Of a stretch of DNA of 64,000 nucleotides, positions 61,078-64,000 are shown one piece after another. Both the position numbers and the translations under genes were made by a program. Source of the stretch: Octopus bimaculoides (taxonomy: Eukaryota); the NCBI RefSeq assembly GCF_001194135.2, contig NC_068983.1, positions 54,168,193-54,232,192 on the forward strand, read 5' to 3'. A model generated the notes under the pieces. The model saw only the letters and a program-made list of their open reading frames with translations. It was not told the origin of the DNA and did not search any database. Position 1 is the first letter of the stretch, and each line of letters starts with the position of its first letter.

Positions 61078-61857
61078 CTGAAAAGTCAAACGGTCAAAGT
61101 CAAATTTCTACTATAGGAATATATCGATAGTTTTTCATAACTTTCCGGGACAAGTGGTAGCTAATCTATAGATTTCATTCTGTAAGGTTATTGATCTGTG
61201 ACATAAATTAGTAATTATTATTATTTAAGCCAAATAGTTGAAACAGAATACTGTTTAGGTAATGGAAGAGTAGAAAGAATATAACCAGTTAAACTGCAAG
61301 AGAATGGTGCTTGAAATATATCGCTATATTAGGGAATCAAAATTTTTTTTTACAGAATTTATAGCAGCAAGGAAATATAATAGTATAGATTTTTATAAGG
61401 AATGTGTCAAAGAGCAGAGGAATCAGTCAAATAGAGTAGTACAGCAGCCATAAAACATTGTTTTAAGGAAACGGTATAAGAGAATAATTTTACTGGGTAT
61501 AAGAACTGTACACTGAGGAATTCTTCCAAGGTCCATACTGCAAAAAAAATCTATAATAAAACCCAGAATCACTTAATACAGAAACACCAAAATTAGGAAG
61601 CTAGACATATAATAAAAAATCAGTAAATAAAGTAAGAATTATAGGAAAAATATAATGCCAAGGATAATTTTCCTTTTCTTTCTTTACTTGTCTCATTTAT
61701 TTTCTTATCTTATTGTAACAGTTTTCATACCGCTGCAGTGCTAAAGAACTGGCCAAACTTATTTCCCGGACAACTTCATAACAGACACATTAACTGAGGT
61801 CAGTGATTAGAAAGTCTGAACCATTTACTCAGCGTGTGGGTATGTGTATGCACACCT

Positions 61858-61902
<45 letters not shown>

Positions 61903-62611
61903 NNNNNNNNNNNNNNNNNNNNNNNNNNNNNNNNNNNNNNNNNNNNNNNNNNNNNNNNNNNNNNNNNNNNNNNNNNNNNNNNNNNNNNNNNNNNNNNNNN
62001 NNNNNNNNNNNNNNNNNNNNNNNNNNNNNNNNNNNNNNNNNNNNNNNNNNNNNNNNNNNNNNNNNNNNNNNNNNNNNNNNNNNNNNNNNNNNNNNNNNNN
62101 NNNNNNNNNNNNNNNNNNNNNNNNNNNNNNNNNNNNNNNNNNNNNNNNNNNNNNNNNNNNNNNNNNNNNNNNNNNNNNNNNNNNNNNNNNNNNNNNNNNN
62201 NNNNNNNNNNNNNNNNNNNNNNNNNNNNNNNNNNNNNNNNNNNNNNNNNNNNNNNNNNNNNNNNNNNNNNNNNNNNNNNNNNNNNNNNNNNNNNNNNNNN
62301 NNNNNNNNNNNNNNNNNNNNNNNNNNNNNNNNNNNNNNNNNNNNNNNNNNNNNNNNNNNNNNNNNNNNNNNNNNNNNNNNNNNNNNNNNNNNNNNNNNNN
62401 NNNNNNNNNNNNNNNNNNNNNNNNNNNNNNNNNNNNNNNNNNNNNNNNNNNNNNNNNNNNNNNNNNNNNNNNNNNNNNNNNNNNNNNNNNNNNNNNNNNN
62501 NNNNNNNNNNNNNNNNNNNNNNNNNNNNNNNNNNNNNNNNNNNNNNNNNNNNNNNNNNNNNNNNNNNNNNNNNNNNNNNNNNNNNNNNNNNNNNNNNNNN
62601 NNNNNNNNNNN

Positions 62612-62735
62612 AATACCGAGCAGGATTACTGTTTCGAAATCACATTATGCCTCCTCCTGTCAGTTCAATCACTAACAATCAGAATCAAGTTCAATACCCT
62701 ATTAAGTGTTGTCTAAGAATGAAAAATAAATACAA
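62612..62735 (+). repeat. Exact 124-bp direct repeat of 63877-64000, beside a gap
   Basis: aataccgagcaggattactg...gaaaaataaatacaa is identical at both sites. Confidence 0.95.
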
Positions 62736-62740
62736 AGAAT

Positions 62741-62771
<31 letters not shown>

Positions 62772-62951
62772 CGTATGTTATAAATGAATGCAGAAAAGTA
62801 AACCAAAATTAATCAGCTTACTTACTGCTCCACAGTAAATCTAACCAGAATGAAAATGTTTTGGAGAATAAGCAATGTTAGAAACTTCAACTTGTGTTTG
62901 ACATTTGTAGGAGGTACATGAAAACCTTCAGAAGCAGAATGATGCAACAGT

Positions 62952-63018
<67 letters not shown>

Positions 63019-63239
63019 GAGTAAGAGAGAGAGATAGACAGACAAGCAAACAGACTGAGCGAGAGTAGCAGATGACAAAAATATCTTTCAGCAGTTTTCA
63101 GCTGTTTATTTGTTTCTGAAGGTAAGTAAGTAAGTAAGTAAGTAAGACTGTAGAGAACATTATATAGTCATAACATTAATGTAGCTGAGATCATTATGAA
63201 TATCATTATTATTGCACACAAATATAGGCATAAGCATAG

Positions 63240-63388
63240 TTGTGCAGTTAAGTAGTTTATTTCTGAATGCCATCATTGTGAGTTCAGTCCCAGAGTATGG
63301 CACCTTGGGCAAGTGTCTTCTACTAAGGCCTCTAGCCACCCAAAGCTTTGTGAATGGATTTAGTAGACAGAAACTGAAAGAAGCTTAT
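63240..63388 (+). mobile_element. SINE family B head
   Basis: gagttcagtcccagagtatggcaccttgggcaagtgtcttctacta. Confidence 0.8.
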
Positions 63389-63506
63389 ANNNNNNNNNNT
63401 ATACATGCATACACACACACACACACACACACATATATATGTATATATATACACGCACATATATATATACACACACATATATGCACACACACACATATAT
63501 ATATAT

Positions 63507-63539
<33 letters not shown>

Positions 63540-64000
63540 CACACACACATACATATTGTTGATTTTGTTTTTTAAACTTCCTTTTTTTTTCTTCTCCAAT
63601 ACCAATACAATGCCGGATTAAGTTTTATAAACTGGCACCGTACCAGACAGCTAAATTTTGCTTGTGGCTATTAATTGAGATTAAAACTCCTTGTAGTCTG
63701 GTAGTAGAGACCATACTTACAACTCTAATGAGCATGTTGAGTATTTTACTATCCCCCAATATTTACATTCTACATTTATATTTTACAATCCGTTTCAGAC
63801 TTCAATGCCAAGCATTTTGGTTTACTGTTAGAAAAAAAAAAAAAAAATCTGACAACTGTGTCTTGATAATTTTTGCAATACCGAGCAGGATTACTGTTTC
63901 GAAATCACATTATGCCTCCTCCTGTCAGTTCAATCACTAACAATCAGAATCAAGTTCAATACCCTATTAAGTGTTGTCTAAGAATGAAAAATAAATACAA

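Noticed and set aside
327-63621. ORF-track entries rich in YI/CV/HT/RE repeats or X runs
   Set aside because: They are translations of (TA)n, (TG)n, (CA)n and (GA)n microsatellites, SINEs or N gaps, not proteins.

Overview
AT-rich, repeat-dense animal DNA from a draft assembly with 12 N-gaps. The SINE families and compound (TA)n/(TG)n/(GA)n/(ATT)n microsatellites look like an octopus (coleoid cephalopod) genome; this is inferred from repeat style, not from a search. There is no long host CDS, and almost every ORF in the supplied track is a microsatellite, SINE or N-gap artefact. What I can support: (1) dozens of tRNA-headed SINE copies of about 6 families, which I label A-F; (2) decayed LINE reverse-transcriptase fragments (CR1/L2-like at 23.6-24.5 kb; RTE-like at 22.0, 36.1-37.7 and probably 8.2 kb); (3) small DNA-transposon derivatives (piggyBac-type TTAA elements, a Tc1/mariner MITE nested in a hAT-type MITE, fold-back hairpins); (4) a probable unidentified minus-strand host gene made of very short exons in multi-kb introns, best supported at 43442-43478 and 34885-34919, which join in frame to FIERRYREEMAKEYKDDFKKLFRM. 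Most notable observations: a two-copy repeat carrying all three hammerhead-ribozyme core strands in a non-canonical permuted order, a tRNA-headed SINE ending in a degenerate Penelope-type minimal hammerhead, a 163/164-identical inverted duplication, and several long hairpins. Repeat boundaries are approximate (about 10-20 bp). All exon calls rest on splice signals and reading frame only.
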